Assembly (NCBI GenBank): GCA_964304625.1 | Contig: OZ199840.1 | Span: forward strand, 8,346,657 to 8,395,286 | Length of the DNA: 48,630 nt | Reading direction: 5' to 3' | Source: Kudoa neothunni | Taxonomy: Eukaryota; Animalia; Cnidaria | Shown: positions 25,802 through 37,621 of the stretch, one piece after another | How positions within the stretch are numbered: the stretch's first letter is position 1 | Layout of the letters: the number at the start of each line of letters is the position of its first letter | Made by a program: the position numbers and the translations under genes | The notes under the pieces: generated by a model | What the model saw: the letters and a program-made list of their open reading frames with translations, nothing else | Told to the model about the DNA's origin: nothing | Databases searched by the model: none

Positions 25802-27093
25802 CACACGACAAAAAATTAATCACCGGATAGATGACTCTGCAATCGGTGATCTTCGTATAAAGGAATAACTTCAAACTTTTAGTTCTTTTTAGTGGCGTAT
25901 ACTTTGTTTTTATTGGTCATTAATTTTAAATAATTTATTCGGATAGCCCGAACTTTATTTTGGAGTATTAAAGTTGTTATGAGACATAGTATAAATGTGC
26001 CCTTAATTTAATCAATTCTTTTGTAATTATTTGTTTATTTGTTTTCTTTAAATAAATTTAAGATTTTTATATTATCTTTAATTGCTATATTGACTAGTAT
26101 TCGTGAATTTTAATTAAAATTGAGTTATATTATTGTTAAACATTAAATAATTTTCAACTCAAATTATGAAAAGCAATCTATGCATTAACTATTTTTTAAT
26201 ACACCCTACCTAATTACATTATGTAATTCATGTGAAGTAATTATTTCAACGCGTGCATGTAAAATAAAAAAAACTGTTCAATTCAATGTTTATAATAATG
26301 TAGAGAAAATTATGTTAATAACATAATAAATTATTTTTAACCAATTTATATGATTAATTGTGGATTTTTAGTCATGATAGTGAATGTAATTATATTTTTA
26401 AATTTTACGGATTCAGGTACATTTGATTCTGTTATTTTTTCGGCGTGATTATTATAACTATTATTTTAATTAGGATTATCAAGTTTATAACGTATATCCT
26501 GCGATTCTATAAGCTTTTTAATGAATCTTACAGGGTCACAAAATTAACCTCGACCATACGATTTGAAAAAATTGTAGTTAACGATCTAATTGAGTTTAAA
26601 GTAAGATTTGGTCGATTAAATATTCTTCCGTATGTATTTAAGATTTTAATCGGATATTTCGCGGAATGAGTAAAAATTTTTGAAATTAGTTAGGAAAAAA
26701 TTTACGATTAATATTCTCAAGTTTATTGGCTTTAGTTTTTAATTTTTCTAGTTCCTATTCTAAGTTTTTAGCTTTTTTTAATTAAAATGATAAAACAAAT
26801 TTGAAAATGATTTAAAATTATAATTTGAGTTATATATTTGAGAAAATCCTTCATTCTGAATCCGGTACAAAAATTATTGGTCACCACGGAAATGATAAAA
26901 GTGAACAGATTATTTTATTGTTTAATTAAAAACTGTACAGTACAGTTACGAAAGTCAATGTTGATAATTGGTTAGATTGGAAAGTTAATAATTTATTTTA
27001 ATAATTTCACAATTTATGTAGCATTATCCATGAAATTTAAACGTTTAATTGATTGAATAATTAGTAATATTTTTCTGTTACACATTCATTTAA

Positions 27094-29331
27094 CCCTCCG
27101 AGCGCCTGAAAATCGACTTTACACATCCTTTCTTTTGGGGTCTAATGGACCACACATTTTTTAAGCTTTAATTATGCAAGCAAATAAAATAAGTAATTTA
27201 CTAAAATATAAAAGAAAATTAGCGATAAAATATAGAAAAATATCACATTGGCGATTTATGGCGACAATTACCGAAGGGTTTACAATGTTAAAATAAGCAT
27301 AAAATTCAACGATTTTAACATCTTTTTGAATCTACTGTTGTTTTAATAAATATGAATTTAATTCCTTATTAATAAAACAATATAACGAATTTTCCTCACA
27401 ATTAATTACTTAAGAGTGGCGCCCAATAAAAACCGCAATATATAATATTTTGAAATAGACAAAATATGAGATGTTTATGATATTTTAGTTTTTCTTATTA
27501 GAATATAACATGAAAATAATTTCTTAATGGTTTTCACAACAGTTGGCCCCACAAACATAACAAATTGTCCTCGTTGTTCTATCACGCGATCTTGAACAAA
27601 AACAACATCTATTCTTGCGACGAGGAAATTCTTGAATGCAAGTAGAACTTTGATCAACGAGATGTGCGTCTCTTCGAATATAATCCTTCATCAAACTATC
27701 CGCAAGCTCTTCAGAAACTTAACCCTTGAGCAATTACGGTCGCAGAAAATAGCCTAATAAAGATAAAACGCATTTATCAAACTAAGATCAACCATATTGA
27801 AGAATATTGCCGTCGGCCATCGATTCGTATACCTTTTTACACTTGTTGTTGCAATAATACGATCAACCGTGTCCACCCCTCCTTTATAATGGTTATATTC
27901 CGAGATAATCATAGGTTTTTTTTGTTCACTATCTTCAACATCTGTATTGAAACAGGGGATGTTAGCAGTAAAACTACTTTATATTTTTAGGAATGTGGGA
28001 GGTTAGAATTAGTTTTTGATTAAACAAAAAACGTATATTGAAGACCTCCCGCTTTGAATTCTTTTTTAGCTGATCCGGAATATCTCATTTATTATTACGG
28101 ATTGTTCCAGTTATTGTCATTCCCCATGTTAAGAGTTTTGGGACAAGAGGAACAGAGGTAAAGAAATTGTCGCAGATGATATTTCTCCTACTTTCATTTA
28201 ATTCTGGAACATGATTTAGAACAATGTTTTCTCCAACATTTGTTGACATTTCATTGTTATTTTTTCCCAAATATACCGAAATATTGTGAGTGTACTTGGT
28301 CTCGGGATCGGTAAGGAGAAAAAACTTTATTCCATACACTGCTGGCTTTGACGGCATATACTGCTTAAACGGGACATTTTCCCCTAAAAGCAACTAATTG
28401 TTCGTCAATTGTCAAATTCTCCTGATATAACAAGTTTCTCTCGTTTCAAAATCATCAAAATGGATAGCTCTCGAAATATAAATAAACCTTTTTAATGGCA
28501 TTATCTTTCGAAAAATATCCCTTCCCTTTTCAACACTCCATAGCAGTTTGAGTGATTCTAATTTAGCTTTAAAATTGGCATATACACAAGAATTCCTAAA
28601 TATGCCAATAACCCTTGGTTTGTTAAATCCTTCCAAGAATGTTGATAATGAAAATTGCCGAACTTATTAGCATTCGAAATTACAGTTGAGAAAAAGGCCT
28701 CACCGAAAAATATGAGGAATGTATCAACCAACGAGGTGATTCTGCTTGAAGCATAAGCATTCATACCTGGAGATTTTCGAATAATATTTTCTTTTGCGCT
28801 TTTAGTTATTTGAGGTTTATCAGTAGACCAAATTACACCATTCTTATCCTAGTATATGTTTCGATAGTATTTATTATCGTCAGAAATATTAGAATTGTGT
28901 GAATAATCAAATTCTTCAAGGTTATCATAAACTTCACTCACATCAGACTCAAATTCATTCGAAATATCACACTCAGAACCACTCATGACAACATTTTGGT
29001 TGTCAGTAATGATCGACACCTATTGCCTACATGGTTTTTTGAATTTATCTGTTTCCTCTCGATAAATTTTTTTAATAATCAAAATTATTTTTTTTCGTAT
29101 TTTAATAGAAAAAAAACATGGGGTCCGTTGGACCACAAAAGAAGGAAGTTGTAAGTATTTTGATTATTTTCTGAATCAAAAATACGAATTAAAATTTTCT
29201 GTTATATTTTAATTTAGCATATATTTTAGGATAATAAATGAGATCTCTAATTTGTTGATGCGTTAAAATGTTCTCTAAAATGGATTCAAACACCCCTTGA
29301 GGTTCAATGGACTCCAAAGACGCTCGGGAGG
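27094..29331 (-). mobile_element. Full-length but inactivated piggyBac transposon (~2.2 kb)
   Basis: ttaa|ccctccgagcg ... cgctcgggagg|ctaa, plus a subterminal inverted repeat (about 27118-27162 vs 29110-29156). The frameshifted transposase retains TIDEQLVAFRG..PFKQYMPSKP..YGIK, ICDNFFTS, YNHYKGGVDTVD, RWPTAIFFNMVD and the C-terminal C...CYVCGANCCENH. Confidence 0.92.
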
Positions 29332-31168
29332 CTAAATTTGGTAAATTAATTACTAGAAACTTTAATTGCTCTAAAATTAAAAATCATTGCTTAAGTTAAT
29401 ATAAACATAAATGTAATAGCTATAAAAATTATTAACTTTGTCATCATAACGAAATAGCTTTAACATTGAAATACTCACAATGTCATTTCTACTACGCCGT
29501 GATTAACCTATAAGTTAATAATCATATCAAATATAACTTTACAACAATTATTAATCAGAAACCAAAATAATGTAAATATGACGAAACGTGTATAAAAATT
29601 AATGACATATGATTTCACTTCATAAATTGTAAAACTAAAAGCCATATAAATCTACAAATCATTTTAATAAGTATTATATTGTTCTTTTCTAATTATAACG
29701 ATTTGAAGTTACAATCGCACTAAGATATAATGATTTTGAATTTAAACTATTCTTCGTTCGTTATAATATCCAAAAAAGATGCATTTACTCATAAAATCAA
29801 TAATTTATTATTGATGATTTTCGTATTTCAAGGTTTAGACATTTATATTGCTTGCGTGTAGTCAGGGAAAAAATTTTGAAACTACAGTAACATTAGAAAA
29901 ATTTGGTGAAACATAAAAAAATGGCACGATTAATATCTATCTGGCGCTTTCTCACTTTTGGACGAAAAACAGTCTTACGTACCTAGTAAGTATTATCGAT
30001 TCTGATATGGAGGAGGAAAATTTTTATATTTCGATTTCATTTTAAAAATTTGTCCCAGGGAAATTGAATGGAAAAAAACATAAATTACTTATAAAATAAT
30101 TGTTTTATCATATTATGCGAACGCATGACTCACATGGCCGCTTTGTATCCTCTTTAGTATTTAACTTAAATGTTCTGATTTATAACAAAATGTACTAAGT
30201 CATAAAGTAAATCTGGGTGTTACTTTGGTTACCTAGGTTAAGCTGAAAAATTTTATATTGATTGTAGTGCTAAAAGAAAAGGATTGTTTATTTGATAATT
30301 TAATGAGGTCCACACACACTTTTTTAAAGTCCATGTTATTTTAATAATACATTTAAAAAATTGTAAAAATAATGCGATTCACGTGATCGATGTTGCAATA
30401 TTTTCTACATGTTCCGACCATCGCATGTTATTTCCTGTGATCTCTTTACTATATCTAGCAAAACAAACAATATTTCTGGAAATTTAGACGAATTAATAAC
30501 ACCACTAAGACTTTTCTTATACAATTTTATCAGAAACAATTTTATAGGATTAACCAATAAATAATATTTAATCTTCGTAATAAACAAATCTGAAGTTAAA
30601 TAACTGTTTATAATAGCGCGCAAAATAATACGTAAAATTGGTCAAATAATGGATTAGTAAAATATGAATGTCCAATGTTTTTTTATCATTATAAAATATT
30701 ATTCTAATATATTAATAAAAAATAAAAAAATTTGATAATCGTCAAAACTCAAAATGTATGTTAGAAAAATTGGCCAACTTGTGTTGACAAAAATATCTAA
30801 TCCTAGTTCAGTAAAATTTATAGAAACTCTACATTATTTAGTTTACGTTATTTATCATGAAGAATGTCTTGTATATTGCAATGAATTTTCATTCATTCGT
30901 ATTTAATAACAAATGTTACTATTTATATTATTGTTATAATTTAAAAATTATCAGTGTTATCTTTTTATAAAATAAACTGCATGCATTACAACAATATTTT
31001 AGCTTATTCATACCATTTTCATAAATACTAAATAAAGGCATGGTGTTTTTTATCAAAGACTTAATTTTCTTTATAGAAAGAATGTCGTAATTAATTAGAG
31101 AATCATAAATGCTTAAAGATATATCGAAGATGATCCAAGTAAGTTAAAATTCGATTTGTCCGAGTCAA

Positions 31169-32926
31169 TTAGAGAGTATTCCATACCACTTGATATCCAT
31201 ATTGATTATATAAGGCCAATTTGAATTTTTCAGATTGTTCAGCTGTTTGAAACTCCAGACACATGCTCACCTAACAACAATTAAATGTGATAATGAATAG
31301 TTGGGAGTGTTAATACTTTGCAGAGATAGACACTAGCCTGTACAGAAACTCTTTCGGTGGAAATATCTCTGATGCTAATATAAATATAAATCTTTATTGA
31401 ATCAGCATTAAAAATGAATACTTTATCTGATGATCATTTAGCATTTGGATGATCTTCTGGAGTCCACCGGGACGATCGTTTGTTAACAACGTAATTTTGG
31501 CAAGTCTTCCACTAGAAAACAAGGCTCGGTCGATAACATAAGTCAATGTGAGTGAATCTATATTTGATCCACCTAACATGAATGCCACTCTGAATAAATA
31601 ATTTATAAGATTTGATATGTTTTGAAAACTTTTTATTTTGAAGATGATTGAGTTTGCCAGATACCAATGCCGCTACCCCAGCTGCCCCCGCTCCTTCAAT
31701 GACACAGCGTTCATACTCCATCAGCTTGTAAATAGCTTTGAAAATATCACGTTCACTTAAAATGCCAAAAGTTAAAATATGTCTTAAAATTAATTTAATT
31801 AAAATGCTTTTACTCTACTTGAATCATCTGATCGTATAATGGAAGTAGAATGTTTAGCGGGTTTGCACCTACAGTTTTTACACTCAAACCTATTGCAATA
31901 GATTGAGAGAAACACTGGTAGTATTTATTTTTACCATCCGCTACAGTCAAACTTAAATCTGTCTGCAATGTGACTAGCTGTTTGGCAGCTAATGCCTTAT
32001 TCATAGAGTCACAGATACTAGTCTCCACTCCCTTTGATGATACCAAGTAAATTTCAAACACATATATTGTACTAGTGAATTTACTATAATTTTGCAGTTG
32101 GGGAATAGTTTCTTAGTTGCTGTTGCAACACCCGAAATAAGGCCTCCACCTCCAACGGGAACGATCATTGCATCCAAATGATGAGTTTGTTGGGCTATTT
32201 CCAACATGACGGTTCCGTGCCCAGCAATAATCGAAGGATCATTAATACTTACAAAAAAATATATTTAACTCTATCATCACTTATTAAGTTACCCATTAGC
32301 ATATTTTAGGTTGTTTTGTTCGGCGTACGTGATAGCAGTAGCTTTAGCTTCATCAAAGCTTTTCCCCGTAACTATAACTTTGGCTCCGAGTTTTTGGCAT
32401 TTTTCCACTTTTAATCGCGGAGACGTTTCGGGGATAAACACAGTTATGGGTATTGAAAGTTTTCTTCCATGATAGCTTAATCCTAAAGCATGGCTTCCTG
32501 ATGATGCAGCCACAACACCTCTTTCACATTGCTCCTACCAAGTTATTGTGTGAGGACTGAAATGCGTCTGAAATAGATAGAAAGTACTTTAGTGAGCGAT
32601 AATAGAAAATTTAATGCACCCCTTTCTTTGAATCTAAACAAAATCATTTTGGAAAAAATATTTTAAGGACAATATTCACCCTCCTGTGCATTGGCGATAG
32701 TCATGTTTTAATAGCACTTCCATGTTATATTCTTCTGATAACTTTTCAGAAACCTAAAAATTACTAAAAGAAAATTGTATTTTTAAGTATTAAATTATAT
32801 AATTCAGATGAGTTCATCGTTGCTGTAATAAATGATAAAATTTACCGAAAATTCTGTGAATTTGATTCCAGATTTTATTCTCATATAAGCATCTTCGATA
32901 TCTTTGAATGGCACTATTTCTTCCAT
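31169..32926 (-). CDS. PLP-dependent threonine/serine dehydratase-family protein with ACT domain, paralog 1 (racemase-type active site)
   Basis: Eleven exons splice without stops: MEEIVPF...TGGFKERGA...AASSGSHA...AGHGT...VPVGGGGLISG...GVE...ADGL...EGAGAAG...LGGSNID...DRPGGL (ACT)...VVWNTL*. Confidence 0.92.
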
Positions 32927-34485
32927 ATCGATTGGGATTATAATATTTTAACGAATCCTCAACGATATCTTGTAAATCTTAAAGTATTATGGTAATTAAC
33001 CGGTTCAATTAATTAATATATTTAACAACAATCAAGCCACATTGAACATGTCTCAGCATGGATGGAAAATTAAAAAATAATCCGTAAACTTATTTATATT
33101 TGTTGTTAAAGTCAAGCGGTATATTTATAGATGTGTAAACAAATTATCTCGAATAACTAATGATGATAAAAATTAAATTATAGAATTGTAGACTGAAACG
33201 ATTTAATTTTGTAATTATAAATATAAAACCTGATTATTATTTGAATGTAATATTTTTTAACATGCTTTTTATAACTAAAATTATTTCCTATGATAAATGC
33301 AACTTGATGCACTTATGTGTTCTTTAATTACTTTGACACAAATCTATTTACATATACAAAAATGGATTAAACGGGATATACCAGGTGATCTAAGAATTCT
33401 TCATAATCAGTCATAAATGTTTTTTGATATTCTTTAAATTTATATAACAAAAAATTAATGTCGGGAAGTATTATGATGTCTCGCTTATTATACAAAATGC
33501 CTCAAAATATCAATATCAATAACAGCTGAGCCAGAATTAAATAATTTAAGTGATCACGTGATTTTAAAATTTAATTCTTAAAATTTGGAGCTTCTATCTA
33601 ACTCTCCAATATTTTTACTTTTAACTTACGAGTAAAATGCGGTTATTATACTCAAGACAAGTTTAAGTAGCAATTTTCTATTTCCAATCGAATGATAAAA
33701 TTGTTAATATCGCATTTTATTTCACATTTCTTTTTATCGTATCTCTAAATAATGTATCAATGTAACTTTTTTTTATTCCTACAAAAATAATTTAATGTGA
33801 AGCATTCTATAAGAAACATTTTGCTATTAATGAACTCAAACTTTTAAAATTTGTTAAAATCAATATAGACAATTTTGATACTCTCATCAATTAACGAGTG
33901 TTAATCGAAAACATTAAAAAATGACTACAATCAATAATTGGATCAAAATATTTATAAATGGACTGGGTTCATCATGCAGGAACCTAAAAATATCACTTTC
34001 TTCTTGCGATATCATTTGACAAAATAATTAAATATAAATGTCAGATACTACGAGAAAATAGATCTGCGATTCTCGGATAAAACTAGACTCACACTCCCCT
34101 TAACATACGATAAGGTATGGTTGACTCAAATTTTCTCAAAAATTACTTTCTTTGGTGAGCGAATCTCGCACCCTCCAAGCCCAAAGTTCGCATCCCGTTG
34201 TTGAGGGAACCACTGAAATAGACTACGTTACTTCGCCAATGATTGTTTGTGTAGATTCTCAAAAGATACAATACAAAACGGTTAAATTTTTAAGTTTGAG
34301 CTGCTTAAGTCACACCTGACGACGTTGGAATCATAAGTTACAAAAATAACAACTAACTTAGAAAATATTGACGATTCAGTATCACTATTCTTTATAAATA
34401 ACAACGAAATAAACATCGAGGTCCACATTATGATACAGAAAGAGAAAAAGATTTCATTTAATGTCTGGAAATCTATAACTTGATA

Positions 34486-34992
34486 CAGTGCAACCTCGAA
34501 ATTCGACCAAAAATATTGAATCAGTAAGACTTTTGAGTTCGAACACATAGATAATAGATAGGGTATTCAGAACAAATCCAGTTGGAGCTAAAACCAGAGA
34601 AGAAAAGATTTTCAAGAAGGAGATTAGCTTAATCAAATTGTGCGTAAGTCATCGAAAGAAGAACCTTTATTATGTATCGTACGACGAACAAAAAATATTT
34701 ATCCTATGTAACATGTGGATTATAAGGATTGTAATCCACCAATCATATACGCAATCGAGAACAGAGCGGGACGGCACCACAGACTTTAATGCTAATAACG
34801 TAGGTTCGAATCCCGATTCGGAGCTTGTGTTACATCGTATATCTCATTTTTAATAAATAAGAATAAAAATAGTCATTTATTTGATGAGCAGTACGGATTA
34901 AACTAATTTTCATTATATTAAATGGGAAAAATTGGTTCGGAGTTCGAACACACTTCTAGAACGGATTATGGTCGAAGTCCTAGGTTACATTG
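34486..34992. mobile_element. Tigger/pogo-type MITE
   Basis: TA-flanked TIRs ta|cagtgcaacctcgaaattcgacc and the reverse complement ta|caatgtaacctaggacttcgacc (20/25 match including TA). Internal gagttcgaacac repeats. Confidence 0.65.
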
Positions 34993-35774
34993 TAGATTCC
35001 AGTTCAACTGAAACGCATTATCTTTCTGAAGGTTAATAAATAGATATTTTTAGGTAAAAACGATTTATTGAAAGATAGTCTTATTTTATTTAGTAGGATA
35101 TAGCAAAATATTGAACATCAAGACTCTAACAATTGGTAACTTAAGCCTGACTCTTTTTCCTTAGTTTATGAAATTCTTAAACGTAATTTAATATAATTTT
35201 TTTACTAATAATTTTTCACTGATAGTTAATTTCGCATTTTTTACTCTGTGCGCAGACGCGGTTCTATTATGTTGACCACGCTTGCGCAGAAAAATTTTTA
35301 AACTTAAGATATGATGCCATATTGGTGAGCAAATCGTTCATTCCAAATTTGTATAGAATTTAATATCTAGGAGGCGATATGTGACTTCACTTTTGGATGC
35401 ATACAAAGAATATCCACATTTTGTGCAAGCCATATCATACCACAGGAATTTCTGTATTAATGCCGCCCTATTTTATTCCCTCTTTTGGGTTGTTACGAGT
35501 ATTTAAATGTAAAGTTTCGTCTTTTAACATTTTTTAGGGCCATACAAATCAGGTTAACCAATTTTAGTTGTTATTTTTAAACTTTTTCTAGAACTGGAAA
35601 TGATTGACGATCTTTATGTTAAGGTTGATCGACAAGAATTTCGCAAACTATAATCTAGTCGATAAAATTCTATTTTATTTCCACATTTTACTAAAATATA
35701 TATTTTGCGTTTGATTTCCACATAATTCCTTTTTTATAAATAAACTATAATATTCAACTAAGAATCAAAACAAC

Positions 35775-37621
35775 TTAAAGATATATTTTAGTAGGTTGTC
35801 CATATAATTTAAGATTCTGAGTATTTAAGTTTGAGGGGGTTCCATTCCACCTTAGATCCATAATGGTCGCATAAGACTAGTTTGAATTCGTTGGATTGTT
35901 TGGACGTTTGAAATTCCAATAACATGTTGACCTGTTAGTGCATCCATCAGTTCGACAACAAAATTAGTCAATATATAAATGAGTATCTTTACTTTGCAAA
36001 GATAGACACTAGCTTGTATAGAAACTCTCTCGGTGGAAATATCTCTGATACTAATACAATGAATGTAAATCTGTATTGAATAAACAACGGAAAGGGATAC
36101 TTTATTCGGTGATCATCTAACATCTTAATAATCTGTTGAAGACCACCTGGGCGATCATTTATAAGCAACGATATTTTGGCCAGTCTTCCGTCAGAAAACA
36201 GAGCTCGTTCGATAACGTAATTTAATGTGAGTGAATCTATATTTGAGCCACACAGTATGAATGCCACTCTATATTAATTATTAATTAATTAATTAAATTA
36301 ACGTGAATAACTTTTTGTTTTGAAGATGATTGAGTTGACCAGATATCAAGGCCGCTATCCCGGTTGCTCCAGCCCCTTCAATGACGCATCTTTCATACTC
36401 AATTAGCTTGGAAACGGCTCTGAAAATGTCAGTTTCTCTTAAAAAAAACATCAAGATCCATTCTTAAAACTTTATCTAAAATAACATAATTACTCTACTT
36501 GGATCATTTGGTCGTATAATGGAAGAAGAATGTTTAGAGGATTCTCTCCTACGGTCTTCACGGCCAAACCTACCGTAACCGTAATACATGAAGAGAAATA
36601 AATCAATAATATTTATAGTTTTACCATCCGCGACACTCAAACTGGAATCTGTCTCCAAAGTTACCGGATGTCCTGCTTCTAATGCCTTACTCATTGAATC
36701 ACATAAGGTAGGTTCAACACCCTTTGAAGTCAAGTAAAAACTATTATTCAAAATTAAATATAATTAGAGTACAATAATTTGGCAGTTGGGGAATAATTTC
36801 TTAGTTGCTTTGGCAATTCCCGCAATAAGTCCTCCACCCCCTACTGGTAGAACCACCGCATCCAGATGATGAATTTTTTTAGCAATCTCACACATGATAG
36901 TTCCTTGTCCAGCAATAATTAAAGGATCATTAAAACTATCGAGGAATGTTATAGTTTCGGATGAACAAAACGACAATTCACTTTACCCGTTAACATATGT
37001 TAGATTGTTTTGTTCGGCGTAGTCGAGGGCGAAACTTTTGGCTTCGTCAAAACTCTTCCCTGAAATTATAACATTTGCTCCAAGTTTTTTGCATTTTTCA
37101 ATCTTGACAACTGGGGCAGTTTCTGGAATACATACTGTCACAGGTATTGAAAGCTTTTTCCCGTGATAACTCAAACCTAGAGCGTGATTTCCTGCCGACG
37201 CGGCAACAACACCCGTTTCACGTTGTTCCTATATAAAATGGCGACGTGTTAAATTCAATGTGAGATGTGTCTAATAATCATCAACTTTGCTGAGCATCAG
37301 TAGAAAGTTTAATGCTCCTCTTTCTTTGTAACTATCAACATTTAATAGTTATCTTTGGTTGAAATTTTTACCTGCCAGTACATTGACGATAGTCATGCTT
37401 AAGTAGTACGTCCATTTGAAATTCCTCCGAAAATTTTTCGGATTTCTAAATGTAAACTAACAGGAAATTAGATTATTTCATTTAAAAATACATATACGTT
37501 AGTTTGAATTTGTTCTCTAATTCCTCTGTATTAAAGTTACCGAAAATTCCGTTCGTTTTATGTGGGATTTTGTCCTCAAGTAGGCATCCTCAATGTCTTC
37601 ATAAGAAACTACCTCCTTCAT
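35775..37621 (-). CDS. Threonine/serine dehydratase (TdcB-like, ACT domain), paralog 2 with canonical active site
   Basis: Eleven exons with intron positions identical to paralog 1: MKEVVSY...TGSYKERGA...AASAGNHA...AGQGT...LPVGGGGLIAG...GVEP...ADGLAV...EGAGATG...LCGSNID...DRPGGL...KIYL*. Confidence 0.93.

Noticed and set aside
34150-34215. hAT/Charlie-like right end (...gggaaccactg)
   Set aside because: No matching left TIR or TSD was found.
34282-34636. Hydrophobic minus-strand ORFs with a GPCR TM1-like GFVLN motif
   Set aside because: They overlap a TIR-bounded MITE, and there are no further GPCR motifs or consistent exon chain.
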